Shown here piece after piece: positions 1 to 16,833 of a stretch of DNA of 64,000 bases (positions are counted from its first letter, which is position 1; the number at the start of each line of letters is the position of its first letter). The stretch lies in the NCBI RefSeq assembly GCF_009914755.1, contig NC_060930.1; one strand, given 5' to 3'. The translations under genes were made by a program, and so were the position numbers. The notes beneath the pieces are model-generated. The model worked only from the letters and a program-made list of their open reading frames with translations. It ran no database searches and was not told where the DNA came from. This stretch comes from the human T2T-CHM13v2.0 reference genome, Homo sapiens.

Positions 1-207
1 TCCCAGGAGAGAAAAAAGAAAAACAAAAACATGAAGGCCTTTTAAATACAAACACACACATACACACACACATACACACACACACATCTTGGATGTTAGC
101 TTTTAATTAAGCTGATTTTTAACCATTGAGCTTCTTTTAAAAAAATATTTTTAAATCTCATTACTATATTTCAGCTGGGACAAATTGCTGCTATTTCAGA
201 AGCACCA
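1..207 (-). mobile_element. MER4-group ERV1 internal fragment, inverted relative to the adjacent copy
   Basis: Reverse complement aligns (~80% by eye) with ~1240-1440, including the TG microsatellite. Confidence 0.75.
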
Positions 208-307
208 ATGTAGGACTTCCTGAGTTTTGTCACAGGTACATCCTTAACCTTGGCAAAATAAACTTTCTAAATTGATTGAGACCTGTCTTGCATACTTTGG
301 GTTCACA
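208..307 (+). mobile_element. 3' ~100 bp of a MER4A-like 5' LTR
   Basis: ccttaaccttggcaaaataaactttctaaattga...gggttcaca end with AATAAA at 257-262, followed by a PBS-like tggtaatcatgaaggga at 311. Confidence 0.75.
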
Positions 308-1353
308 AATTGGTAATCATGAAGGGATTGTGAGTGGAAGGGCCCCTGACCTTTGACAAATCTGTTGTTGCTTGGTACCAGCTTGAGCTATCCCTATGGC
401 TCAAACCAACAGGAAAATTTGCTGAGGCCTAGGCACCCCCTCCCTCCAGGGTATCACTGTTCTCTCAAAATTTGGTCAAGTTCTGAAGTTTTTTTTGCTG
501 TGCAAGTACTTTTGTGGAGTTTTGCTTGCTTCCAACAATGAAGGCAAGTTTTCCTGCTTCCATGATGATGGAAGGCAGGCAACTCTTTTCTGGACTTGCA
601 GCTCACTTCCAACAGGCAAGGCAAGTTTGAGTTTTTCTCCTGTTTCTAGGATGGTAGAGAGCAGTCTTCAACCTGGGACCCATTCCTAGGTAAGTAGCTG
701 AATTGTTCTTTTTTTTTTTGTCTTGGAAATTCTTCTTAATCACTAAAGTTAAGATTCACAACCAGCTAGTATTAATTACGCCTTACCATTAGAGCGCTCA
801 GTAATCGTATAAATTGTGCAATTGTTTGTTTTGCTTAACTCTTTTGTTGTTGTTGTTTATTTGTTTCTGTTTTGTTGTTGTTTTGGTCTTTTTCCCATTG
901 GGTTTGACCAACTCCATCCAACTTGATCAAATCCAAAGAAAAGTTTCAAATTATAGGGAACAAGTCCTCTGAATTGGCTACATTCCTGCAGCTGGAAAAA
1001 AAAAAAGGAAAAAGAAAAAAATGGCCAGCAAAAGGGAAAAAAAGGGAACGATTTTTGATTTTGACTGCCCTAGGGGCTTTATTTCCATAACAAGGCCACG
1101 TTTTTGCTAGCCAAGCCACACTGAAAGAGAGCAATGGCTGTTGCCCCACTGCAGTTCAATAGCTTAGTTCTGCCCTTTTTTTCCACTACTACAGCCTGGG
1201 TTTGGTTCCTAAATCAAGTCCTTTTCGGTTTGATATTTGTGCTACTTTTGAAATATCAGCAATTTGGCCCAGCTAAAATATGGTAATAAGATTTTAAAAA
1301 TTTGTTCTAAGGAGCTCAGTGGTTAAAAGTCAGCTTAATTAAAAGCTAATATC

Positions 1354-1356
<3 letters not shown>

Positions 1357-1406
<50 letters not shown>

Positions 1407-1409
1407 TGT
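1357..1409. repeat. (TG)n microsatellite
   Basis: Seen directly. Confidence 0.95.
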
Positions 1410-2191
1410 TTATTTAAAAGATCTTTTTTTCCTCTCGTAGAACCTTGTTTTTATAAGAAAAGTTTTTTTTCTTTCTTTCTTCTCAGTTGACCGAAATCTG
1501 TTTTCTACGTTAACTTTTGCTGCCTCTCCTTGCTCTTGACACATTGCTACATGAGAGACCTAAAACATTTTCTAACAGCCTGTGATTCCTTAAAGAAAGC
1601 AGAGAAGGTGTCAGACTCCCCTTTGGGGTGAAACCTCTGTTTTTTATTTTGGAACCCTAAAAGTGTAAACAGACAAGTTCATCCTATATCTTAAATTCCT
1701 TGCTTTTGTATTGTGTTACCTGATGTTTTTTTTTTTTTTCTGACTAAAATAGTTACTTCAGCAGAGTCTACTCTTGGGTGTTTTACTTAAGGAAGAGTGT
1801 AGTTTAGACACTTAGAGAAATGTCTTTATTAAAAAATAGGTACACTGTAAAAGCATCATGTGTTCTAGTCTCAAAAAATTATATGTTTTGGGAGACACAG
1901 GATTCAGTGTGGGCTCTGCCCAGAGCTCAGAGATCCAGTTAAAAGCTAGAGACTAAATTTAGAACTACCTATCTAAATAAAATTGGTCTCCTTATACAAT
2001 CCTATGATAGATTTCTACAGTTTCATGTTTGATTTGGCATCCGTTCTTAATCTCCCTCTAGCACATCAGACTCTTTCCCTCTGTACTTTGAGATGTAAAC
2101 TTTGATATCTGATTTTTCCCCCAGGAGCTGTTTCCTTAATATGCAAACTTAGGGCTACCTGGCTGACAACTGGCTAGGATAATAAAACAGG

Positions 2192-2783
2192 TGTAAAAAG
2201 TAAAGTAGAGGTTCCTCTTCAAAGGCTTTCCTCCCCATCTAATTAAGAATAAATAGTAACTTCTCTTAGAAGCAAAATTTATTCAAAGGCCTGTGCTAAC
2301 ATTCTTAAGTATCTGTTAGCCGTAATAAGGAAATCAATGTACTTTATGTTCTTAGCTCCCACAATTTAGCCTAAGTATTTGCCCTGGCACGCTTATACTG
2401 GTCCAAGCAAGCATTAAGTCATAGCCTGTTCCTCTTCCGTATTTGAAGGTGTTTTTACCTTTCTCAGCATTCCACAAGTTACTTCCTCCTTCCTTTGTTC
2501 TCCTCTGCCTTTGCCTCTTTTAAAAAGTTGTAAGTTGCTAGCCAATCAGGACAAATACAGAATGTGAGGTCCCGTTCCAGCTGATGGAAACCAGGCACAG
2601 CAGTAAGGTGGACATGTCAGGTTATAAATGACCCTGTCTCCTTTGTTCGGTGTACTCTTGTGGCAAAACTGCTGGCGAGTGTACCCTTTCTGCACAAAGT
2701 AAAAAAAATGGCCTTGCTGAAGAAATTAAATTTATGTTCAAGTGCTATTTCTTTATAGCACCGAAGAACAAACATTTCTAACA
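2192..2783 (+). mobile_element. Solo LTR, LTR10C-like (HERV-I group), 592 bp
   Basis: TG...CA termini (tgtaaaaagtaaagtagagg / catttctaaca), perfect 4-bp TSD cagg. Confidence 0.8.
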
Positions 2784-3146
2784 CAGGTTATCAAGAAATT
2801 GGAAATCTAAAATAGGAGGAAAAAATAAGAGGGCTTATGAATGTATAAGATCTACTTTTATCTGCATGTCTAATACGTCTATGTATTTATGTGTCGTGTA
2901 TATGAGATTTCACTACTAAAAAGACATAAAAGAGCTCTAATCAACTGGCTTAAAGAAGAAAAAAAAGCACTTATATCGAATACCTTATCAGAAGAAATGG
3001 AGACTTTAACAAAGGCTTTTTCAAGTTCATGTGACTTGAGTCAATCTTTAATAGATAAGCTGATTTTTAAAATATTGGTGAAATAGAATTGGAAATGGCT
3101 TCAAAATTGTCAATATACATTATGGTTTAAATTTACTGGTCAAGTA

Positions 3147-3434
<288 letters not shown>

Positions 3435-3958
3435 TTGGTCAAATATTTTTATATTTATCTCTGCTAGGTGTCAAAATTTGGCAGGAGGTTATAAAACTAT
3501 GAACACAGCCTGAAAGAGAATTATCTTTGTGTACAATTTAACAAGTAAGACATTTAACTCTGTTTAATGAAAACAGCTAAATCCTGAGTTACTGGCAAAA
3601 CAGAAAAAAAAAAACACCTCATTTATGTAACCTTAAGATTTTCTTAGGAAAACCTTAAATTCACAGGCTATAAAAATAGTTAATGGGGAAATAACTTTAA
3701 ATTATAACTATTGCAGTTTTCATAAGTAACCTGGGTAAACTATTTTAAAAAATTAATTAGGTAAATGTAATGGCATAAATGTCTGTAAACTTGTCACATA
3801 GTTTAAAATCTAAAGTTACATTAAGTTAAATAATAGAGTCTAATTAAATGTCTAACTTCCAATTTTTAAAAAATTATAGGAAAACATTTTTCTAAATGTG
3901 TTATTAAATGAGAATAATTTTTATCTAATTCAGAGATTATTTAAAATTTATTTATGAT

Positions 3959-4237
<279 letters not shown>

Positions 4238-5891
4238 TTATTTATGAGACAAGGTACAAAGTAACCAGTAAATAAGAGCAATATAAAGAAAGTTACAAAT
4301 GTAAAGAGGTTTTTTTTTTTTTTTTTTGGCAAGAAAGGTTAAAAGGAAAATAATTTTGTATGCGAAAAAATCTTGTATGGCAAAATTTTGTTCTAAAATA
4401 AAATGACTAGTTATTTCATTTTCTTTTTTTTCTTTTTTGTTGTCTTTTTTCTTTATTATTTCTTTCTACTATTTTCTGCTGGCAGGAAGTGACTGGTTAT
4501 TTAAGAAAGAGGGATGTCTAGAATGAAACAGGAAGCCCAAGCATGTATAAATGACTTGTATCGAGTTTTCTATAATTAAAGGGAAATTATTTATAATAGC
4601 GTTTCTAGAGATTGGGTTTGATACAAAAATACACTTATACACTCAATAATTGGTTAGAACAATGACATTTTTAAATGTACAGATTGACTCTTAATAAAAT
4701 TACAAGAGATTTCTTTTTATTTTAAACCCAAAGTTCAACTCTTATTGTGTCTTGCTGTTTTCAGTTTTCCCTTCCCTTTGAAAAGCCCTGAGATAATAAC
4801 TCTCTCCTTCAACTCATTATCAGCTCCTGGAATTTTTTTTCCTCGGGTTCTAACTATTTGTTATAGTTTGATGCTAAAAATGTTTTATCTTAAAGTTCAA
4901 AAGGAAATGTTTTCTTCCAACATAACATTCTGTGCTTCTGGCTTTAAATTGTTCTATGAGTCTGAAAATTTGCACTTATTACCCAGGAAACACTCTTCTT
5001 ATGTCTAACTAATTGAAGTACTCTTTTCATTAGTTTTGACTTGGCAGGTTACCTAAATGGATTCCCCAGAGGGAACAACAATCGCACTGCAGAAGGTCTT
5101 CTCTTTGCCTTTTGGTAACTGGCCTAACAAACACATTTTATGTTTTACTGAAATAATGGCTACGCCATTGTTATTTAGTTCTGATTTTGCTTAGAAAAAA
5201 AAACTGAGGTTTTTTTAAACTTAAGTTTGTTACATCCATGTAACTTTCTGTTTTTTGCTTTTAAAGTCCTTGTGCCATTAAGTTACAGGGCTTTGACTCC
5301 TGGGTCTAAAAAGGACATCAAGTCCTGCTAAATCATGAACACTGAAAGCAGTTAAAGCCTCGTCTTCAGACCTAGTAGAAGATGCCAAGCAAAATAAACT
5401 GTTCATAAGACACAGGGACAGAGGTTATAACTATTCAATTCCAGGAACTGCTGTGGAAGAAGTGGGTACCTGAGATTGGAAGTGCCAAATTTGAGAGAGA
5501 AAATTAGTTCAGTTTCTCTGTAAATTAACCATTAATATTGGAGACACACTGATACGAGACCAGCATCTGGGCCCAGTGGCAGATTAACAAGGTTTTCCAG
5601 AAGCATTCACCCACTCCTTAATAAAAACATTGTAAAGTTTATTAAAAATTTATAGAAATTATATCTTACAGTCAAGATAATTAAAATTTAATAAATTTGT
5701 TTATAAAATTTTGAGATACATTTTAATTGGCCTCATGCTATCTTTATTAAGGCTTATTGTTTGGGAAATTAAGTCTCCTCTCTCAAAAAATTAAGGTTTT
5801 TTTAACAAATCTTTGAGTTATTACTTTGGCTAAATGAATGACTTATTTTACAGTGACCTGTGATCCTATTTTGTGATGTGAACTGTTTTAA

Positions 5892-6469
<578 letters not shown>

Positions 6470-9400
6470 TGAAACTTTTTATGTTTGACAAACTTTCGCA
6501 AATCAGATTCAAACTTTGGTCCTCATTAATCTTTTGATATTAGATCCCCTGAAGTCCAAAAGAGACATATTCAAGTTATTTGATATAATAAAATCATACA
6601 GGAACTATTGTCAAATATGAAATGGCATTTAACCTTCTTTGGATTATATTTATATGAGTGTGTTATTAGTATGTGTTTCAGAATTGTATGAGATTGTTGT
6701 GATTCTGATATGTCCTAGTATATATTATCAGTAGTAACTATCATTATGTAAAATTGTTATATGCCATAGAAGTAACCAAATTTCCTTGTCAGTTGTGTTT
6801 AAAAGACTGTTTTAAAACTTTTGTTATCCACAGTTGTTGTACTCATATCCTTTTCAAAAGGTGGTTTTATAATCAGCTACAGGACTCTGACAGGTGCTCT
6901 CGAAGGCAGGTGTTTAATAACTTTGGAGACTGTGACACTAGAATAGAGGAAAAACTTCCAAGACTCTCATAGACAGGTAATGTATTCAAAAACATTGAAC
7001 AGAACAAGAGTTAACTATGTAGACTAAACTAATGGAAAACTGAAATAATCTTTTTTTGACTTGTTTTGAAACATTACTAACTCTTGTTTCTGAGTCCAGA
7101 AAACCCCTTTGAACTATTTACAGCTTTTAACAATTGGGTTAACTACACTCCCGTGAGCAAAATCTAAAGCATATTTCTTTCTACCTAATTCCTCCAAATT
7201 TGAAAGCTATTTGCAAGCATACTTAATTTGTATCAGTATAATTATTTGCATAATTCAATAATAATCTGTTTTCTTTTGTAACAGGATACAGTTGAGGACA
7301 ATGGTAATTTAACCAAGTCTTTGACTGGAGTTGCATACTTTCAGATATAAAGAAACTGCTTTAAGGGATCAGAGTTGACTTAGAAAGCCAATAAAAGCCC
7401 CTTTGGAAAGCTGGCCTCCTACCTTGTCTACCCAGTTCTTGTACAGGTTTCTGACCTGTGGTAAGTGAAGAATGTCACTTTCTGACAGGCCCAGGAGCCC
7501 CAAATTATCTTGGGAACTTGGTGAGGAGTTCACCCAATTAATACAGGTATTTGCAGGCACAGATAAATCTGTGGCTGGGCTCAAGTCTTGGAAGTGTAAT
7601 CTGAGATGCCCTATGAACAAAGTTCCAGCAAAGCCAATTAAAAAAATAAAAGAGACTATGTGGCAAATAATTATTCTTGCTGACTTTATGCAAACAGTCC
7701 AAGCATAAAAAGACTAACGCTTATTTTACACATAAATTTGTCCTATTATTTGTCATTAGTGAAAACGGGTACTAGAGAAAGAAAAATTATATTTCAAAAT
7801 GAACTATAGTACACCTGTTATTAGATTCTAGTCTCGCCTAATGCTTTAAAGTTTCCTTTGTTTTCTAGTTTGGACTGAATTTTAAAATTTTTTCTGGCTA
7901 CAAGTCTCCAAAATAATGTTTTCACTTTTTTCCCTTCTTTCCTCCCTGCCCCTCATTTTTCTTGATTTGAAACTACTAAAAATTAAGCTGTGCCTTCTTA
8001 AAGGCTGGAGCCTGGAGCACATGAGGAGAATTCACAGAAGTGCCTGGAAAGGGAACTGCGGTGGATCTTACAGAGACTTGAAACATGTGGAGAAGTTTGG
8101 CTTTTATTCATAAAGGACAAAGTGCTGCCTCCACCTCCCCACCTGTCTAGTTTTATTCAGTGATGTCTATCCTCATGACTTGGGCCATTTTCATCATCAC
8201 GTCTATTTGGTTACCTAGGTCTGCCGTTTTTTGTTTTTGTTTTTTCCCAAATGCTTTCCACATAAGATGGCCTAGGTGTCAATTGCTTATCTCAGTGGAA
8301 TCATTTCTACTCACCTATAAAATGGGAGTAATAAAAATGCTATGTATCCGATTGTTGTGAGGATGAAATGGGAATACTTGGACATGGGGCCTGGTTGCTG
8401 GTGGAGGCATCTGCTCTGTTCCCTGCTGCATCCCTCACTTCCTGCCATCCTCTTGCCCCACTTCTGCAGTGCTGAGTGACAGGCCCACAGCCTCCATGCC
8501 CTCCTGTTCCTTCCTTCTCTGCTGATCTTTTCTGTTTCCAGACACATCTGCCACTACTGTCTGGTCCAAACACTCTTTCACCTAGGAAGTTTAAGCACGT
8601 TGTTGAACTAGAAATAATGTATTCACTCAGTTACTTATACACACATTCTTTTCCCACTCATTAAAAGTGGTTTGAAAAATTTATTTCATTGTTCTTAAAG
8701 TGCTGAATCAAGTGTTTTTCCTTTGGTTGGGAAAGGCCTTTGCCGTTTACCTTCATCCACTCATTCATTTGTGAAGATGTGTGTGCAGGCCCTATGGTGA
8801 CAGTGTCTGTCTAAAGTGAAGAGCTCAGCACCCAAACTCTAGAACATCTGAAAACGTAGCTAGATCCTGTGTTCTCTTCTCTAACAGAGTTAAAGTTAAG
8901 GTGCATTTACTCAGTGCCTAGGGGGTAAAAATGTGCGGTTCAGACTTCAACCATGTGGGTGCTGTTTTTACCCAGAATACCAACTGATTCCAGGAAAGAG
9001 TATTAGGAGATTCAAGATTTCTATTTCTTTTGAACATATGTTATTAGAGTTAATTGTTAGGAAACTATTTTAAAGATAATTATTTGAATACTGAAAATGA
9101 CTTTGATTTCTAACAGGAAGCCAGGCTCACTTGTTACTTCCACATATGTGATGAAGGCAAAAGACCACAGTTGCATACATTTGCATAGTTATCCTCGAGA
9201 CTGGAAATGTCAGTAAGATGCAATTGATTGACTTGCTGATTGTCTTTCCTCATGTGAGCGTCTTTTCCATGTTCATGACCCACCACTGATATTCTGTGGA
9301 ACTGAACTAAAACTATGGTCCCCGAAGCCTTGTTGGGGGTGTGGAGGAAGGCGAGAGAGTGGAGGGGAGGGGACGGACACAGTATTCCTGTCAGGGTGCA

Positions 9401-9838
9401 GCTGCAGCTCTGCTCCAAGGCACACTTTTCCTCTGGATTCCACAGAATTTCTCCCAGGGTCATCCTTCTCCAGTAGCAGCCCCTCCACCTGGAGCATCAC
9501 TGGTGGGCAGTTGTGGCGTCAGGCACTGTCTCTGCCCTCATCTGCTCTGGCTGGGGCAGCAGGATTGATTTCATTCAAAAGACAACTGGTTTTCATGGCA
9601 GGGGCTATAGTGAGCAGAGCAGAGAACAGGCACTTGGGCGTCCTACTGGCTTTCTTCTTGCCTGAGGCTAGTCCTCCTTGAGCCAATCCTATGTCTCCTA
9701 GAGCACTTAGTTGTCCCTCTGTACTTTCAACCTCTGGCTCCCGCCCTATAGTCATAAATGTGCTAGAGGCTTAAAACAAATGCCTCACCACCACCTTTTA
9801 TCTCGCCTACCAACAAGTACCCCCCAAAATTAGGGTTA

Positions 9839-10129
9839 GCTGAGCATGGTGTCTCATGCCTGTAAATCCCAGCACTTTGGGAGGCCGAGGCAGGAGGATC
9901 ACCTGAGCTCAGGAGTTCCAGACCAGCCAGGGCAACAAAGTGAGACTCTGTCTCTAGAAAAAAAAAAAAAAATTTAGCCAAGCATGGTGGCACACAGCTG
10001 TAGTCCCAGCTACTTAGGAGGCTGGAGGACCACTTGAGCCTGGGAGGTCGAGGCTATAGTGAGCTGTGATTGTGCCACTTCACTCCAGCCTGGGCAACAG
10101 AGTGAGACCCTGTCTCATAAAAAAGAAAA
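9839..10129 (+). mobile_element. AluJ
   Basis: Diverged Alu, AluJ-type right arm. Confidence 0.88.
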
Positions 10130-10169
10130 TTAAGGTCATATTTGCTGTTTACTTCTCTATCTTCCATTC

Positions 10170-10470
10170 ATTTCTTTTTGGTGACAGCTTAATTGAGATA
10201 GAATCCAACATATCATACAATTCACCCATTGAAGTGTATAATTCAATAGTTCTTAATATATTCACAGATTGCCATCAACCCCAAAGGAAACCCTGTGGCC
10301 ATTAGCAGTCACTCCCATTCCCTCCTCTGCTCAGCTGTAGGTAACCACTAATCAACTTTTTGTCTATTCTGTACCATTCATATAAATGGAATCATACATT
10401 AAATTCATGGTCCTTTGTGTCTGGCTTCTTTCACTTTGCAGAATGTTTTCAAGGTTCATCCATGCTGTTG
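10170..10470 (-). mobile_element. Old L1M (L1MB/MC-like) 3' end fragment
   Basis: Typical ttgagata...catacaattcaccca...tggcttctttcact...aggttcatccatg motifs. Confidence 0.75.
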
Positions 10471-11312
10471 AAACAGGTTTTATCATTCTTCATTTAAAAT
10501 ATCCACATGTAAGGTATAATATATGTGGAGGGATTCAGTTCTTTGGGCCATTTGCAAATAATTTAGCTTATGCACATGTAGTACAAGCAAAATTAAGTAC
10601 AACTAACGAGTATTAATATAGAGATGTAGCAAGGCATAGGAAAGGAAATCCAGCAGTTGAAGAGGTTTTGTGGCCTGAAAGTCTTCATAGAGTTGTTTGA
10701 TCAAAAAGGCCCTGAGATATCCTCAGGTACATCATCGGATCTGCACAGTGACCATCCATGCCACCACCTGGTGTGGGAGCGCCTGGTGATAGTTCACTCA
10801 CTAATCAGACCCATTTGAAGACATTCAAATCAGCAGAAGCACCTTCAACTCTCACAGAACACCTGGGGCACCCCGGACACCATCAACTTCTCTAACTTTA
10901 AGGACTACCCAAGTGGAGACTGTAGCGTAGCCATATTCCCCACGCGAACCTCAGTAAAACTCCCTACCACATATTCACAAAGGAGGCCGGTCGATAGATT
11001 TCTATTGGCCTTCTCTCTTTTAAGTAATGACTTTCATTTTTGTCTTTGAAAATGAAGCATCCTTGTGATAAAAATATTCAAGTGATATGGAAAAGCATAA
11101 AGAAGAAAAGAAAAATCACCCCAAATTTCACCACCATCCAAAAAGCCAGTATCACCTTTGGTAAGCATCATTCCTGTCATCAATGTTGGCCAAGCATACA
11201 GATGGAAGAATAGATAGATGGTGGCTAGAAACCCAAAAAACAATGATTTTATTTTATAAAAAGGCGATCATACTATACGGTGCTCTTTTTTTCATGTTAA
11301 ATAATAATTTTT

Positions 11313-11714
<402 letters not shown>

Positions 11715-12484
11715 CTAATGTTACGTAATTAAAATAACAACAAAGGGGTCAAGACTCTATATTCTTTTAGCCACAGGTTTAAATTTTAGACAATCTGGAT
11801 CAACTCTGCTCTATAAAACCTCTTCCAACCTCTCTTCCCCAGCCTCCTAATTTTTTTTTCCCTTATGTACTGTAAATGTAATTCCTCCAGGGTTGGTTTG
11901 TTTGCTGTTATTTAATTATTTCTTTGGGTTCATGCCCTGGGAATCCACGTTCACCTTAAGCCATGGCTTCTGTTCTTATCACTGAAATTATAGGTTCATC
12001 TCTCATCAGATTATTAATTTGGAAGGAAAATATTTATTCTAAAATAACAAGCAATTAGAGATGTACTTCTAATCTTGTACAAGTAGGTTAACATAACAAA
12101 TTCTCTTGAGTCATTTCTTTACAATTTTAAGCTATCATCTGAAATTATTATTTTGAAGGGTCTATTTATTAAAAATGATTCATCGGTAACACAAAGAGCT
12201 ACATAAAAAGTATTTCTAGGACTTCTCTCCTAAGATTCAAGTGTTTACTGAACCTGACCGTTGGAGGTCTCACAGACCGTGAGATTTCAGCAGGTGTAAA
12301 TAGAGCCACCTTTTTCCTGCCACCCCCGAGTCTCACAGGCAAACTTGGCTCTGGCTCTGCTCCTGTGCTCTGCAGCCTGGCTCATGGGACTCCAGGCCCA
12401 CAGCCATCCAAGAAGAACTTAAGACATATCCCAGAATCCTCTCTTGCTCCTTGGTCACATCCTTTCATTACATAAATGGAGACT

Positions 12485-12548
12485 TATGGCCTGCAAAGCC
12501 TAAATTATCTACTATCTGGTTTGTACAGGAACATTTGCTGGCCCCTGG
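12485..12548 (+). mobile_element. MER58-like hAT DNA transposon end
   Basis: gcctgcaaagcctaaatt...tactatctgg...tttgctggcccctg. Confidence 0.5.
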
Positions 12549-14204
12549 AATGGACTATGCTTTCTAGTCTTCATGAACACACTTGAGTTCTGGGATTCTC
12601 TGATTTCATAATGTTATTACTAAAGAATTTTCAGACCAGCATCGTTCCCTTGCATGACCATGGCATGGCGAACTTTGCAACTGTCATTCCTGGAATACTT
12701 TTTTCCCTATCAGTGTCACCATCAGGGACAGGAATAAACATGCATGGGTGAGCCAATTCAAATAAAAGTTTTGCCGTATCTATGAAGCAGGTCTGGGAAC
12801 CATAGGACCTAGTTGCTGTCACCTTGTAACTCACTCTTTCACATGAACCTGCTAAGCAATCATGATTCTCCTAAGGGGTTGAATGAGGAGGCCAGCATCC
12901 TCTGACATAAATGGATGTTGCTGTTGATAGGTCACTACCAGTTATCAACTGCCAGGCATGCTTCCAAGTGCTTCTTGGTGTTTGGTGACCCACAGTAGAA
13001 ATGAGCTATGTTCAGAGTTACTTACTTACAAGGATGTGATTGCTGTGTGTGTCTCTGAATTCTACTGTGGTGTCTCTGATTCCCATCTTGTGCCTTATTC
13101 CTGGTGCTTAGAGTTCTTGCAAACACTTGAAACTGAGTGGTTTTGCATTTATGTTTTTGCTATTGTTGAAATTATGCTGCCCTAGGGGTTGTCAACTACT
13201 TTCAGAGAGAAAAAAAAAAAAACTGGTGGGAGGTGCTGCATCCCATTCTTCAAAGAGAGGTATCTAGTATTTGCTAAACCAACTAGGAGACCCATTTTAA
13301 CTAACATTGTTTGGGCTACCAAGATGATAAAATGAATGAAAAAGCTTGGTGACTAAAAAACTTCACCTAGAACAATAAATAAGCAGGAAAGGCAAGAAAA
13401 GAAAAGCAAATGATAATGACTTTTCAATTACACCCAAATTAAAAGGAACGATGGCAGTTTTTCTAAATGATAGTTTCATTGGTGGCACTTGGCATGTGTG
13501 GTTCTACAATCCCAGTTTCCAATTGTTTTGCACAGATCCAAGGTGAGTGGGCAATGAAGGGGGTGGATGAGCCCCTTAGCTGATGACTGTTGATGACTGG
13601 TCTCTACTTATCCATGAAATCAATAAACACAGCAAGGAACTGCCCTCATGGAGTTAGCACTCTAGCTGGGGAGACCAGGTGAGCACTATAGATGTGATGG
13701 GTTGACCTGATAGGCCTTCAGGAAGGGAAGAAGCAGACCGATGTGTGGGAAGAGCATGCCAAACCTAGAGACCCACGGGGAGCTCATTCCAGGAAAATCA
13801 GCTGGAGAAAATGGAGATTCAGTGATGGCTACATGGAACTCCAGTGAAATCATGAAATCTAAATGCCTTTGTGAAAAATGGTCCTGAAGATAAAGCCAGG
13901 TGCTAAAAGAGAGCTGTTTCAGAATTGAGAGGTTCTCAAATACCACGTGGCAGGTCCTTTGGGAGTATGAAGCCTTGCCAGGCTTCAGTTGATCCTGTTT
14001 TTAGTGGGATAAACTTCTTTGGGAGGCATCAGTATTGGAAGTGTCAGCCTCTTGATTCGTTTGGCTTGAGGGAGGATGGGGGTAAATTTCAGAGATGAGT
14101 AGGAGCTTGTTAAGTAAGCAACTTAAACCAAAGGGTGCCGAGCCTACAAGGGGGCCTGTGAGTGCACGTTGCTGCTTGGGACCTGCTACTCACAGGCAGG
14201 GTGA

Positions 14205-14542
<338 letters not shown>

Positions 14543-14804
14543 TGGACTTTTAAATTAGATATGGAAATGTAAAAGAGACACTTATTAAATTAATTAGCAT
14601 ACAGTAGGTCATAATGAATTCCTGAAAAAAATGTCACTTTAGAAATCTATTGACATGGAAAGATGCTCATCATATATTTTTAAGTGGAAATAAGATGCAA
14701 AATTATTTCTAGATGGTAGTTTTTATGTTTTCTTTTTTGCCTTTTTTACTTTCTATAATGGACATGTAACCATGTAATAATAATTTTGTAATGAAAAAAA
14801 TATA

Positions 14805-15279
<475 letters not shown>

Positions 15280-15444
15280 TCAGGAACACCCAGCGTTCAG
15301 CTGAGATGACCTGAGGCACTGGGGAGCTGGGGGAGGAGCTCCACAGCAGATCCCTTTGACCAGGTATCTCAGGGACTCTTTGAGATAAGATTACCCTAGT
15401 CTGAGAGCAAAGGTTTCCAGTCTGTGCTAGACTTATCTTTGTAA

Positions 15445-15890
<446 letters not shown>

Positions 15891-16776
15891 TAAAAATGCA
15901 GTTTCATAGTGATAGAGTGTGGTCTATGCTAGGCATGGTGCTAAGTATACAACAGTGAGTACACAGCTCTCTTCTTCTCTGTCCCTAGGGGAGCAGAGGT
16001 AAGTAAATAAGTGATTAAAGTGTTGCACGTTCAATGCTACGATTGGGGAAGTAAGTGCGCACCAAGAGCGTTAATGTAGACCAGGAGTTTAGCAAAGATT
16101 TGCGGGACAAATTCATCAAACTGAAGCCCACAGGTTGGCCTGTCAAAAGGAGAAGGCAGGGGTTTTAAAGAATGACTCCAGCCAGATGGAAAAGCACGTA
16201 TGAAGCATCAGGAGGGAAGCTTCTCATAGTAAATATAAACTGTAAACTGACGTTTTAGCTTTTATGCCCCGTTCTCTTAAGAGTTAGGTTAGCGTTAGTC
16301 TTTTGGGGCCCAGTCACCTCTTGATATAGTGACAAAATTGGTCCTATGCAGCTGAGGATGAGATCAGCGAGCATGGTGGGTCCCTCAAGCCAGTGCCACC
16401 CATCTGTATGGTCAAGCAGGTCTTCCCGGACAATACTCCCTGCTTTTTTTTTTTTTTTTCGGCATGTTATTTAAACCACAGCAACATTTCTTATTTTGTG
16501 TGAGACAGTTTATTCACAGTGGATTGAAAAGAGGCTCAATGTTGTTTTGAAATAGGATTTTCTTAAAAAAACTGAACATCGATATTCTCCACACTATCAG
16601 AAATGTTCTAGTAAGGGCAGATGGAGATGAGGCACGTCCACTACCCAAACAGGGATTGCCGGCTTTACCCCATGTCTAATGCTGTCTTCTGCATAAGCAT
16701 TTCGCATTTGTGCTTATTCATTTCCACTCACAATATTAACCCGAATTCACACCCTGGACATCATCTGCACATATAG

Positions 16777-16833
16777 CGTGCGCGCACACACACACACACA
16801 TACATACACACAAACACATACACACACACACAC
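16777..16833. repeat. (CG)n(CA)n compound microsatellite
   Basis: Seen directly. Confidence 0.9.
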
